Origin: Rhodospirillales bacterium
GTDB lineage: Bacteria; Pseudomonadota; Alphaproteobacteria; Bin95
Length of the DNA stretch: 64,000 nt
NCBI GenBank assembly: GCA_038143065.1
Contig: JAYQLI010000035.1
Location: 1,440,894 to 1,504,893 of the forward strand
Reading direction: 5' to 3'
The notes under the pieces were generated by a model, which was given only the letters and a program-made list of their open reading frames with translations, was not told the origin of the DNA and made no database searches. This document shows positions 1-10,459 of this stretch, one piece after another (the stretch's first letter is position 1; each line of letters starts with the position of its first letter). Position numbers and translations under genes: made by a program.

Positions 1-1740
1 TTCGATATCATCCACGGCTGCCTCAAGCATATGGGCAGCAAGTTTTTTACCCTTCTCTTTTACAAGTTCGGAAGCTTCAAAAATCGCTTTCCCACTATGC
101 ATCGTAGAACGAGAACCACCAGTTCCAGTACCTGCAATCAGCTCATCAGAATCGCCCTGAATCAATCGAATTGCCTCAAAAGGAATACCAAGGAGAGTTG
201 TTAGTACCTGTCCAAAAGTAGAGGCATGCCCCTGGCCATAATCTAATGTACCAGTAACGAGCGAGACCGTGCCATCTCCTTCAAACCTAATACCACCCAT
301 TTCACGACCAGGTGGACCAGTCACTTCTAGATACTGCCCAATACCAATACCACGCAGCTTACCTCGCGTCTTAGCCTCTGCCCGTCTGGCAGGAAATCCA
401 TTCCAGTCTGCATCAGACAAAGCCTTATCAAGAATCGCTGGAAAATCACCAGAGTCATAAACGGTATTTGCCGGTGTCGTGTGAGGCAGCATAGCGGGAG
501 TGATATGATTACGGCGTCTGATCTCTACTCGATCAATGCCCATTTCCCTTGCTGCAGTGTCAAGAATACGTTCAATGTAATAATTGCTTTCTGGTCGGCC
601 AGCACCCCGGTAAGGACCAACAGGCGTAGTGTTCGTAAAAACACAACGCGTGGCCACTTCTTGTAAGGGAGTTGCATAAACACTGATTGTGTTCTTCACG
701 ACATTACCGGTCGGCTGCATAACGGTTCCGTTTGACAGGTAAGCCCCAGGGGTTCCAAACCCAGAGATACGGATGGCGGTAATGCAGCCATTTGCGTCAA
801 AAGCAGCTTCCTGGCGCATATCATGGCCTCTTCCATGACTGTCAGACAAAAAGCTTTCAGAACGCTTATCAGTCCACTTTACTGGTCGACCCAAAAGTTT
901 TGCTGCATGAAGAATTGCGATGTACTCAGGGTAACAAGAAGATTTCATTCCAAAGCTTCCGCCCACATTACCTATGAGTACCCGGATGTCTTTAGCCTCT
1001 GCTTTGAGAGGCTTTGACAAATTATTTCGCATTGGAAATGCGCCCTGGCATCCAAGCCGAAGGACGTATCGACCATCCTCTATATTCGCTAGAGCTGAGC
1101 GCGGCTCCATAGGAACCACAGCGATACGACTGTTCCAAATTTTCATGGATACGACATGGGCAGCCTGTTCAAATGCCGCAGCGACCGCAGCGCCATCGCC
1201 ATGATGAAAATCTAATACCACGTTGCTTGGGATCTCGTTGTGAACCGCGGTGGCAGAATCAGTGACACCAGCCTCTGCAGAGGTAACAGCAGGAAGGCTT
1301 TCAATATCCAAGAACACTGCTTCTGCTGCATCCTCTGCTTGAGCACGTGTTTCTGCTACTACACAAGCGACTGGATCTCCTACAAACCGGACCTTATCGA
1401 TTGTTAGAGGAGGTTGCTCTGGCTTAATCATGCTGGAGCCATCACGATTCTTAAAATCAGGACCAGAACTCATGGATCCGTAACCTGCATCAACCAGGTC
1501 TTTTCCCGTGATAATTTCAAGAACGCCCGGCATAGCCTTGGCATCGCTGACACTAATTTCCTTCAAAAAGCCATGGGCTACAGGACTTCTGACCATCACT
1601 GCATAGGCTTGGCCCGACAAGGAATTATCATCTGCATAGCGGCCATGCCCCTTTACCAACACCGGGTCTTCTTTGCGAGAAACGGGCTGACCAATCGAAT
1701 ATTTTTCGACCGAGGCCGAAATAGCATCGAGCGGGGACAT
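1..1740 (-). CDS. Xanthine dehydrogenase/CoxL-family molybdopterin-binding subunit (3' end runs off the window)
   Basis: Not in the ORF track. Manual minus-strand translation from ATG 1740 gives MSPLDAIS..IGQPVSRKEDP..GHGRYADD..VRSPVAHG..VRFVGDPVA..PMEPR..VGGSFGMK..PYRGAGRPE..GQGH. Confidence 0.9.
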   Translation of the reverse strand, partial: MSPLDAISASVEKYSIGQPVSRKEDPVLVKGHGRYADDNSLSGQAYAVMVRSPVAHGFLKEISVSDAKAMPGVLEIITGKDLVDAGYGSMSSGPDFKNRDGSSMIKPEQPPLTIDKVRFVGDPVACVVAETRAQAEDAAEAVFLDIESLPAVTSAEAGVTDSATAVHNEIPSNVVLDFHHGDGAAVAAAFEQAAHVVSMKIWNSRIAVVPMEPRSALANIEDGRYVLRLGCQGAFPMRNNLSKPLKAEAKDIRVLIGNVGGSFGMKSSCYPEYIAILHAAKLLGRPVKWTDKRSESFLSDSHGRGHDMRQEAAFDANGCITAIRISGFGTPGAYLSNGTVMQPTGNVVKNTISVYATPLQEVATRCVFTNTTPVGPYRGAGRPESNYYIERILDTAAREMGIDRVEIRRRNHITPAMLPHTTPANTVYDSGDFPAILDKALSDADWNGFPARRAEAKTRGKLRGIGIGQYLEVTGPPGREMGGIRFEGDGTVSLVTGTLDYGQGHASTFGQVLTTLLGIPFEAIRLIQGDSDELIAGTGTGGSRSTMHSGKAIFEASELVKEKGKKLAAHMLEAAVDDIE

Positions 1741-1845
1741 GATTACTCTCCAGAATGTTTGGAACAGACTTGTTATGGAGATTAAGGCGAGTATCGCCGC
1801 TGTGGAAGTGCTAAGAGGTTCTGCAAATAAAGTATTTTAAAAACG

Positions 1846-4478
1846 CTAGATATCAGGGTCGTAACCAAGGACAGGGCGCAGCCAACGCTCTGCTGTTTCA
1901 AGTTCTACACTTTTTCGGTTTGCATAATCTTTTACTTGATCTTTTTCCACCCTTGATACACCAAAATAGCGAGCTTCGGGGTGGGCAAAATACCAACCTG
2001 AGACTGAAGCCCCTGGCATCATTGCAAAGCTTTCCGTCAAACTAATCCCTGCAAGTTGCTCTACATCAAGAATACGGAAAAGTGTTGTCTTCTCAGAATG
2101 ATCTGGGCATGCAGGATACCCAGGCGCGGGGCGTATACCCCTATATTTTTCGCGAATGAGCTCTTCATTAGTAAGGTCTTCTTTCGGAGAATAACCCCAG
2201 AATTCACGTCTTACTCGTTCATGCATTCGCTCTGCGAAAGCTTCGGCGAGACGATCGGCAAGAGCCTTCAAAAGAATTCCATTGTAATCATCAGACGATT
2301 TCTCGAAATCACGAGCAATAGTTTCTGCTTCTTTTCCAGAAGTTACTGCAAATCCTCCCAGATAGTCGGCCTTATCAGCACCTCCAATGAAATCCGCAAG
2401 GCAATCGTGGGGCTGGCCTTCCCTCTTCAATGTTTGTTGCCGCAGGCAGTGGACACGGGCCAATTCAGTTATTCGGTCTTTTTCTTGATAAAGTTGGATA
2501 TCGTCGCCAACGCATTCTGCAGGCCAAAAACCTATGACTCCTCGCGGGCTTAACCATTTTTCGTCAACAATTCGAGACAGCATTGCCTGAGCATCTTTGA
2601 AAAGAGCGCGGGCTGCCTCCCCAACCACTTCATCATCTAAAATACGAGGGAACGTTCCTGCGAGTTCCCATGTCCGAAAGAACGGTGTCCAATCAATGCG
2701 ATCAACTAATTCTGTCAGGGAATAGTCCGCAAAAGCATGAGTTCCAATGAAACTTGGCTCCTGTGGCTTATAAATAGAGAAATCGATTTGGCGTGCGTTA
2801 CCTCGAGCCTCTTCAATTGTGATCTGCCGAACCTTGCGCTCTCCACTCCGAGCCTCTCGAATTTTTAAATACTCGCTTGAAGTAGCCGCCTTGAAGGAGT
2901 CTCTTTGACTATCAGACAGGAGTGCAGAGCAAACCCCAACAGCTCGGGAGGCATCCAGAACATGAGCCACGCCACCACTGTAGACGGGCTCAATTCTTAA
3001 GGCCGTGTGCGCTTTCGAAGTCGTGGCACCGCCGATAAGCAATGGAATATCGAATCCCTGGCGTTTCATCTCCGATGCAACGTTCACCATCTCGTCTAAA
3101 GACGGTGTTATAAGACCAGAAAGGCCTATGATATCTGCCTTTTCTGCTTTTGCAGTTGCGAGAATCTTCTCTGCAGGAACCATGACACCAAGGTCTATAA
3201 CTCGGTAGTTGTTGCATTGAAGAACTACCCCAACAATATTTTTGCCAATGTCATGGACGTCACCCTTTACCGTGGCCATAACTATGACACCCGAGTCGCT
3301 TGCTGCACCGTCAGCCTTTTCTTCTTCTATGTAGGGCGTAAGATAAGCTACTGCCTGTTTCATGACCCGGGCAGACTTAACAACTTGCGGCAGGAACATT
3401 TTGCCTTCGCCAAAAGGTCACCAACGACATTCATGCCATCCATTAGAGGGCCTTCGATAACATCGAGAGGCCTAGTGGCAACTTGCCGTGCTTCCTCAAC
3501 ATCCTCGGCAATAAAGGTGTTAATGCCGTTCACTAATGCATGTGAGAGGCGCTCGTTTACTGGATACAACCTCCAAGCAAGCACCTCCTCTTCAGTTGAG
3601 CCTTCATCCTCACCTTTATAACGCTCGGCAATCTCCAAAAGACGCTCAGAGGCGTCCTGTCGTCGATTTAGGATTACGTCTTCAACTCGTCCCCTAAGCT
3701 CGGGATTGATCTGATCATATACATCAAGTTGTCCTGCATTAACGATACCCATATCCATGCCAGCCTGGATAGCGTGATACAGAAACACAGAGTGCATTGC
3801 TCGGCGTACAGTTTCATTTCCTCTAAAGGAGAATGAAACATTGGAAACACCCCCAGAAACATGAGCATGAGGCAATTCTGTCTTTATTCGACGCGTTGCT
3901 TCAATAAACGCGCGGCCATAGTCATCATGCTCGGGGATACCCGTGGCAACCGCAAAAATGTTGGGATCAAAAACAATATCTTCAGCTGCCAACCCCACCT
4001 GCGCTGTTAGCAATCTGTAGGCACGGGAACAAATATCCACCTTGCGATCTACCGTCTCCGCCTGACCATTTTCATCAAAAGCCATGACAACAACAGCCGC
4101 GCCATATCTCCGACACGCGCGGGCCTGAGCAAGGAATGGCTCCTCGCCTTCCTTTAAACTAATCGAATTAACAATTGCTTTGCCCTGAACGCACTTCAGC
4201 CCTGCCTCAATGACGGACCATTTGGATGAATCTATCATGATGGGCACTCGAGCAATGTCAGGCTCACTCGCGATCAAGTTCAAAAAGGTAGTCATCGCCA
4301 GCTCGCCGTCTAGCAGACCCTCATCCATGTTAATGTCTATTATCTGGGCGCCATTTTCGACTTGTTGTCTTGCTACATCCAGAGCTGAGCCATAGTCCCC
4401 TGCCATAATTAATTTTCGGAAACGAGCTGAACCGGTGACGTTCGTTCGTTCACCAACGTTGATAAATGAGGGCTGCAT
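1846..4478 (-). CDS. metH: B12-dependent methionine synthase, pterin/cobalamin/reactivation module (frameshift near 3412)
   Basis: [62 protein letters not shown]. The two ORFs join as [12 protein letters not shown] if one T is restored in a T-run. Confidence 0.95.
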
Positions 4479-4482
4479 ACGG

Positions 4483-5544
4483 CTAAACTACCGCAGTAAA
4501 AGGCTCAAGGCCTGAAAGGCGAAGCCGTTTGGGAAGCGTTGGCAGCTGGCGTGGAGGTCTGTCCTTTACAGCATCTACAATGGCTCGAATATGATCTGGG
4601 GTCGTACCACAACACCCCCCGACTATGTTGACGAGCCCAGCATCTGTCCATTCTTTTAGATGAGCAGCCGTCTCGTTAGGCATCTCATCATAACCACCAA
4701 GGTCATTTGGGAGTCCCGCATTTGGGTGCGCAGACACTCTGACATCTGCCGCCTTAGCAATTGCTGCTACATGAGGACGGAGTTGTTGAGCACCTAAAGC
4801 ACAATTAAAACCCACACTGAAAGGATTGGCATGCATAATTGAATGCCAAAAGGCCTCAGGTGTTTGACCAGAAAGAGTACGACCTGAAAGATCTGTGATG
4901 GTTCCAGAAATCATAATTGGAATGTGCCTACCAGTTTTTTCCTCTCTATCCATGAGAGCAAAAATCGCCGCTTTCGCATTGAGGGTATCGAAAACCGTTT
5001 CAACCAGGAACAGATCAATTCCGCCTTCTACCAAAGCATCCGCTTGTTCATAATAGGCTTTAGCAAGGGCATCAAAATTTACATTGCGAAACCCAGGATC
5101 CTCAACATTTGGAGAGATCGATGCGGTGCGATTAGTTGGGCCGATCGCACCCGCAACAAATCGAGGCTTATCAGCTGTTGAAGCGGAATCAGCGGCAGTT
5201 CGAGCAACTTTTGCGCCCTCAAAATTTATATCTGCCACATTATTTTCCATGGCATAATCTGCCTGTGCAATTGCCGTTGCATTAAAAGTATTTGTCTTGA
5301 GGATGTCTGCTCCTGCATCGAGATAAGCGGAATGTATTTTGCCGATTGCTTCAGATTGGGTGATATTCAGTAGGTCGTTATTTCCCTTCAGATCCGTCGG
5401 CCATTCTTTGAATTTTTCACCACGAAAATCATCTTCAGATAACCTAAGGCCCTGGATCATTGTGCCCATAGCTCCATCGAGCACCAAAACTCTTGCCGTG
5501 GCAGCTTTATAGAGCGCATCAAGCCTTTCGTCGGGCATATTCAT
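4483..5544 (-). CDS. metH: Methionine synthase N-terminal homocysteine S-methyltransferase module (separate gene)
   Basis: [60 protein letters not shown]. Confidence 0.93.
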   Translation of the reverse strand: MNMPDERLDALYKAATARVLVLDGAMGTMIQGLRLSEDDFRGEKFKEWPTDLKGNNDLLNITQSEAIGKIHSAYLDAGADILKTNTFNATAIAQADYAMENNVADINFEGAKVARTAADSASTADKPRFVAGAIGPTNRTASISPNVEDPGFRNVNFDALAKAYYEQADALVEGGIDLFLVETVFDTLNAKAAIFALMDREEKTGRHIPIMISGTITDLSGRTLSGQTPEAFWHSIMHANPFSVGFNCALGAQQLRPHVAAIAKAADVRVSAHPNAGLPNDLGGYDEMPNETAAHLKEWTDAGLVNIVGGCCGTTPDHIRAIVDAVKDRPPRQLPTLPKRLRLSGLEPFTAVV

Positions 5545-5586
5545 CGCACCGAATCCTAAATTTACTTATGAAATGATGGAATAACT

Positions 5587-5606
5587 ATATAAGCATATTG
5601 TTATAT
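5587..5606. promoter_or_regulatory. Palindromic operator ATATAA-N8-TTATAT upstream of metH (SahR-like)
   Basis: ATATAAgcatattgTTATAT lies about 43 nt upstream of the metH start. It resembles, from memory, the alphaproteobacterial SahR box ATATAAAG-N4-CTTTATAT. Confidence 0.5.
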
Positions 5607-5637
5607 GCCATGTAAATCAAGGTGTTGCTGGCATAGA

Positions 5638-6360
5638 TTAGAAGATTGAGTTCCAAATCACTGGCAGAAGTGCCGCTGTAAATAAACCGTTTAGACCCAT
5701 AGCAATTCCTGCGAAAGCTGCAGCGGTTTCGTTAATCTGAAGAGCACGTCCAGCCCCGATGCCATGACTTGCAACGCCCAATGCCAACCCTTGCGCACGG
5801 CTATCTAGAAGACCCAACCAATTCAAAATTGGAGGGCCCAAAATTGCACCAAGTATACCAGACAGGATAACCACCGCAGCTGTTAACGAAGGCAATCCAT
5901 CTAGTTTCTCGGCCACCCCCATAGCTATAGGCGTGGTCACTGATTTAGGAATCAGGCTGGCGATAAGATCTGGCGTTGCACCGGAAACCCAAGCAAAAAA
6001 ACCAGCGCTTCCCGCTGCTACGGTCGATCCCGCGACTAACGCTAAGATCAAACCAGCCGCTGACCGGCGGACTTTTTCAAATTGATTGTACAGCGGAATT
6101 GCTAAGGCCACCGTTGCTGGTCCTAGCAAAAAATGGACAAATTGAGCGCCCTCGAAATAGCTCTCGTAGCTTGTATGGGTAAATACCAAAACTATAGAAA
6201 TTGATGTCACAGAGATCAGCACCGGATTGAGCAAGGGGCTTCGTCCAAATCTTCGATAAAGCCAGTCCCCAACTTGGTATATCACTAGGGTCATAGTGAG
6301 ATGTAAAAGGGGGTTAGAAGAGAGATAAACCCAAACGTTAGAAACTTTATCCATCGTCAT
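5638..6360 (-). CDS. lrgB: LrgB family membrane protein
   Basis: LLGPATVALAIPLY, PKSVTTPIAMG, SHGIG; hydrophobic. Confidence 0.92.
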   Translation of the reverse strand: MTMDKVSNVWVYLSSNPLLHLTMTLVIYQVGDWLYRRFGRSPLLNPVLISVTSISIVLVFTHTSYESYFEGAQFVHFLLGPATVALAIPLYNQFEKVRRSAAGLILALVAGSTVAAGSAGFFAWVSGATPDLIASLIPKSVTTPIAMGVAEKLDGLPSLTAAVVILSGILGAILGPPILNWLGLLDSRAQGLALGVASHGIGAGRALQINETAAAFAGIAMGLNGLFTAALLPVIWNSIF

Positions 6361-6700
6361 GTTTCCGCGCTCGGGTTAAAACAGTCATCACCGCGGCAGT
6401 GATAATGATACCTAAAAGAGTACTGATCACCACAGCCAAACCAATTGCCTGCCATGCATCCTTAATCAAAACTAAATGTGTAGTGACACCAACTCCAGCA
6501 GGGACGAAAAGCATTGACAATCGTTGCAGCAGACCTTGTGCAACTTGAGATAAAGATGGCGATACACCACCACGCAAAAATAGAATACCAAGCAGAAGCA
6601 GCATGCCTAAGACAGGACCTGGAACTGGAAAATCAAAGTAAACAACAATGGCCTCTCCAACCAATTGGAGAACAAGCAACAAAGTCAACGCGGAAAGCAT
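6347..6700 (-). CDS. cidA: CidA/LrgA family protein
   Basis: PVPGPVLGMLLL, LFVPAGVGV; overlaps the lrgB start. Confidence 0.9.
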   Translation of the reverse strand: MLSALTLLLVLQLVGEAIVVYFDFPVPGPVLGMLLLLGILFLRGGVSPSLSQVAQGLLQRLSMLFVPAGVGVTTHLVLIKDAWQAIGLAVVISTLLGIIITAAVMTVLTRARKHDDG

Positions 6701-7171
6701 AATCTAGAAATACCCCCTATTAACGACCCCGCCAAATTTCACAGTGGCTGGATGCATATTAAACACATTCACACCGATTAACGTGTCTGCTGTATGCAAG
6801 AAAACTCCTTGGGGAAAGGCATCTTCAAAAATTAGAAAGCCTAGTAAAATTTTTGCTTGAGTAGGTCAAAGCATTCATTTGAGTAACGCCTGGTTTCAGA
6901 AATTACATATTTAGTTAAGAGGTTTCTGATTTGATAAAATCAGATCTAACAAACTCTCTCCTCACTGTGGGACAACGAACCAACCTCTTGTGCGCAGTGG
7001 TTGGAAGATTTGAAAGGAATAAACTCAGCAAACAAAAGTGCTGAGAACATAGTTTGGCGTTATGTGCTGAAAAGATTAAAGCTAATAAAGTGCACTCCGT
7101 AATTTTTATTGGCTAACTTATGCCTTTTACAAACGACATATAATCACGTTTTTTCTGGAAGGACTGTAATC

Positions 7172-8441
7172 ATGCGCATCGAAATCCTCTGCACGGGCGA
7201 CGAAGTGCTGAGTGGCAAGACAATCAACACTAATTACAGTCATATGGCACGGCGACTGCAAGAAATTGGGGCTGACGTGATCTGGGGCACTACCGTCGGA
7301 GACGACCGCAAAAGTCTAAGAGCGGCTTTCCAACAAGCATCGGTACGTGCCGATGTTGTCATAGTGAATGGAGGGCTTGGACCTACAGTAGATGATCTCA
7401 GCCAAGAAATGGCCGCAGAAGCAGCCGGGGTGGGTTTAGTTTTAAATGAATCTTGGCTCGAAAATATTCAAAGTTTCTACAAAGCTCGAGGCCGAGAGAT
7501 GCCTCCTAACAATCGGAAGCAAGCAATGCTTCCTGAAGGGGCAGAATTTATTGATAACCCGGTGGGAACTGCATGCGGGTTCGCCATAGATATTGGTAAT
7601 GCGCGGTTCTTTTTACCCTGGCGTTCCTCGCGAAATCCGTTTGATGCTCGATGACCAGATAATCCCCAGAATTCTTCAAATGAGCGGCACCCAAGCCAAA
7701 GTTCGACTCAAGCGTTTTCATTCATTTGGCCTTGGTGAATCACGTGTTGACGAAATGTTAAAAGACGTTGAGGCGATGGCCATTGGAGGTGAGGTGAAAC
7801 TAGGTTTTCAAGCTCACTATCCTGAGCTCGAAACAAAAATCTTCGCCCGTGGAACGGATCCAGACGAACTCACCCGAAGGATGGCACCAATTGAAAATAT
7901 TATCCGCGACCGCCTTGGCCCTTTTATCCTAGCAGAAGATGATGAAACCCTGGAAAGCAATGTTCTGAACTCGATCAAGTCAGATAAAGGTACTCTTGCG
8001 ATAGCTGAATTTGGTACAAACGGAGCTGCAGCCAGCCGGATGGTTGCTGCTGATCCAGAGTCTTTTGTTTTCCGACGAGGTGTTCTGGGTGGTGATATCA
8101 ATAGCCTCGCATCCGCCCTTGATCTAAAATTGGACGAGGCATCTTCCGCATCGGCAGCAGCATGCGCAGAAGCAGTCATGCGGGCAACTGGAACCACTTA
8201 TGGGCTTGCCGTGCTAATTCCAAAAGGAAATGAAGGTGGAATTGGGGGAGGTGAAGGCCAAGTTTATATTGCCATTGCCAAGAATGATGGAACAAAGATT
8301 GAGCGATCCGCTCTTATAGTTGGAGGCAAAGAAAGGGTGCGCGCTGGAGGGGTTGAAATGGGATTAGACTGTCTCCGCCGTGCATTACAAGGACTAGTCA
8401 CGGATGACAGAATTGATTTTGAAAAAAAAGACAGCGTTTAA
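7172..8441 (+). CDS. cinA: CinA-like protein (COG1058 molybdopterin-binding domain plus degenerate PncC-like domain); frameshift near 7612
   Basis: GDEVLSGKTINTN, VGDD, GGLGPTVDD, NPVGTACG, (L)PGVPRE, FGLGES. C-terminus has AEFGTNG. Confidence 0.85.
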
Positions 8442-8495
8442 CTTTCACAAAGAATAGTCCAACATTGGGGTGAAAAATTATTGAGGATCACTCCA

Positions 8496-9681
8496 ATGAG
8501 CACCAATGCCCTTCCTCTCCGCCGCTTTAAGGTACTTGATTTAACTCGCGCTCGAGCCGGACCAACTGCAGTCCGTCAATTGGCTGACTGGGAGCTGATG
8601 TATTAAAAATCGAAGCACCCGCAGAGGATGATAGCAGAAGCGTAACCGGGGTGCACGACACGGTTTTGATTTCCAAAATTTACATCGCAACAAACGTTCA
8701 ATCACGCTGAATCTTAAAAAGGATTCTGCTCGCGAAATTTTTTTAAAATTAGTTGAAGAAGCTGACGTTGTTGTCGAAAATTACCGTCCAGGAGTTAAAA
8801 CACGGCTTGGTGTCGACTATGAGGCCTGTAGGGCAGTAAATCCTGGCATCGTTTATGGGTCGATTTCTGGATTTGGGCAATCCGGCCCCTATCGAGATAG
8901 ACCAGGTGTCGATCAAATTGCTCAAGGAATGGGCGGCCTGATGTCAGTAACTGGATTGCCTGGTCAAGGCCCAGTTCGAGTTGGAATTCCTATTGCCGAC
9001 CTAACCTGCGGAATGTTCCTTGCAATTGGGATTCTTACCGCACTTCTAGAACGAGAAGTTTCTGGTGAGGGACAATGGGTGCATACTTCTCTCTTGGAAG
9101 CTCAAATTGCGATGTTGGATTTTCAAGCCAGCCGATGGACAATGGCAGGAGAAATTGCTCCCCAAGCGGGCAATGATCACCCCACAAGTGTTCCAACCGG
9201 AGTTTTCCCAACTTCAGATGGTCATATCAACATTGCAGCTTCTGGAGGTGTAATGGTTGAACGTTTATCAGGCGCCCTTGGGGCTTCTGAGCTTCTTACC
9301 AATCCCAAGTTCAATAGCAATGAAAGTCGTTCGGAACACAGAAAAGATCTAAATGCTGTGATTGCGAGCTATACAGAAAAGCGCTCGTCCGCTGACCTAA
9401 TTGAGGCCCTGAACGCCGCGGGCGTCCCTTGCGGTCCAATCTACAATATCAAACAAACCTTCGCCGATGAGCAAGTGCAGCATTTGGGCCTTGCAACACC
9501 AGCGCCCCATACTCACCTTGGCGATCTAAGTATTGTTCGACACCCCACTAATATGTCTCGAACACCATTCAGAATGAGGTCTGCTGCACCCGAGCAAGGT
9601 GATGCTACAACTGAAACGCTTACCGCACTTGGATATGATCAAGAAGCTCAGACTAAGCTGAAAGCAGAGGGGGCAATCTAA
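8496..9681 (+). CDS. CaiB/BaiF family (class III) CoA transferase; frameshifts near 8592 and 8650
   Basis: Manual translation KVLDLTRARAGP, ADVLKIE, LHRNKRSITLNLK, ADVVVENYRPGV, GSISGFGQSGPY..PGVDQIAQGMGG, then ORF 8929..9681. Confidence 0.9.
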
Positions 9682-9684
9682 TCG

Positions 9685-10400
9685 ATGTCTGACGTTCTAA
9701 TAGATACTGAAGGTTCGATCCGGCTACTGACCCTGAACCGCCCAGAAAAACTTAATGCAATTAATGATGCACTTTCTCACGCTCTCAAAAGCGCCATCAA
9801 AGAAGCAGCAAGTGACGACAACGTCTCTGTGATCCTTCTCACAGGTGCTGGCCGAGCTTTTCAGCAGGCGCCGACTTAAAAGAAGCGGCAAGCAATGGTG
9901 GGCGTCCGCAGCGGGAAGCGTTGAATTCAGCGATCAACTCAACATCAGTCTACAACGCCCTGATCGCGTGCGATAAGCCAGTTATTGCCGCGGTAAATGG
10001 CTACGCACTTGGGGCAGGTTCTGCAATCGCAGTGTCTTGCGACCTCGTGCTAGCAAGCGATGATGCCGTTTTTGGATACCCAGAATTGAAACACGGGCTC
10101 GCCGCAACAGCTGTATCTCCAACATTAGTTGCCCAAATTGGCCGGAAGCACGCCACTGAATTGCTGCTTCTAGCTGAAAACCTTCCCGCAGCCCGTGCAG
10201 CAGAAATTGGACTGATTAATCGAGTCGTACCTAAAGATGAATTAATGACGACAGCAAAACTCTGGGCCAACATAATGTCTGGTTTTGACAGTGACGCTCT
10301 TTGGATGACGAAGCGCATGATCAGACGTTCTTCTGAAATGACACTAGCACAGGCCCATGGTTTAGCTGCGGATAGTTTGACAGTAATGCGAGGCTTTTGA
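9685..10400 (+). CDS. Enoyl-CoA hydratase/isomerase (crotonase) family; frameshift near 9860
   Basis: LTLNRPEKLNAI, TGAGRAF(S)AGADL, KPVIAAVNGYALG, YPELKHG. Confidence 0.9.
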
Positions 10401-10459
10401 TTTAGGCTTCACCCAACTAACATTCTTTTAATTGCTTTCGAATATAGTTGAGACAAATC

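Noticed and set aside
269-1785. Short + strand ORFs
   Set aside because: Antisense shadows of the minus-strand Mo-enzyme gene. The same applies to most short ORFs inside genes across the window.
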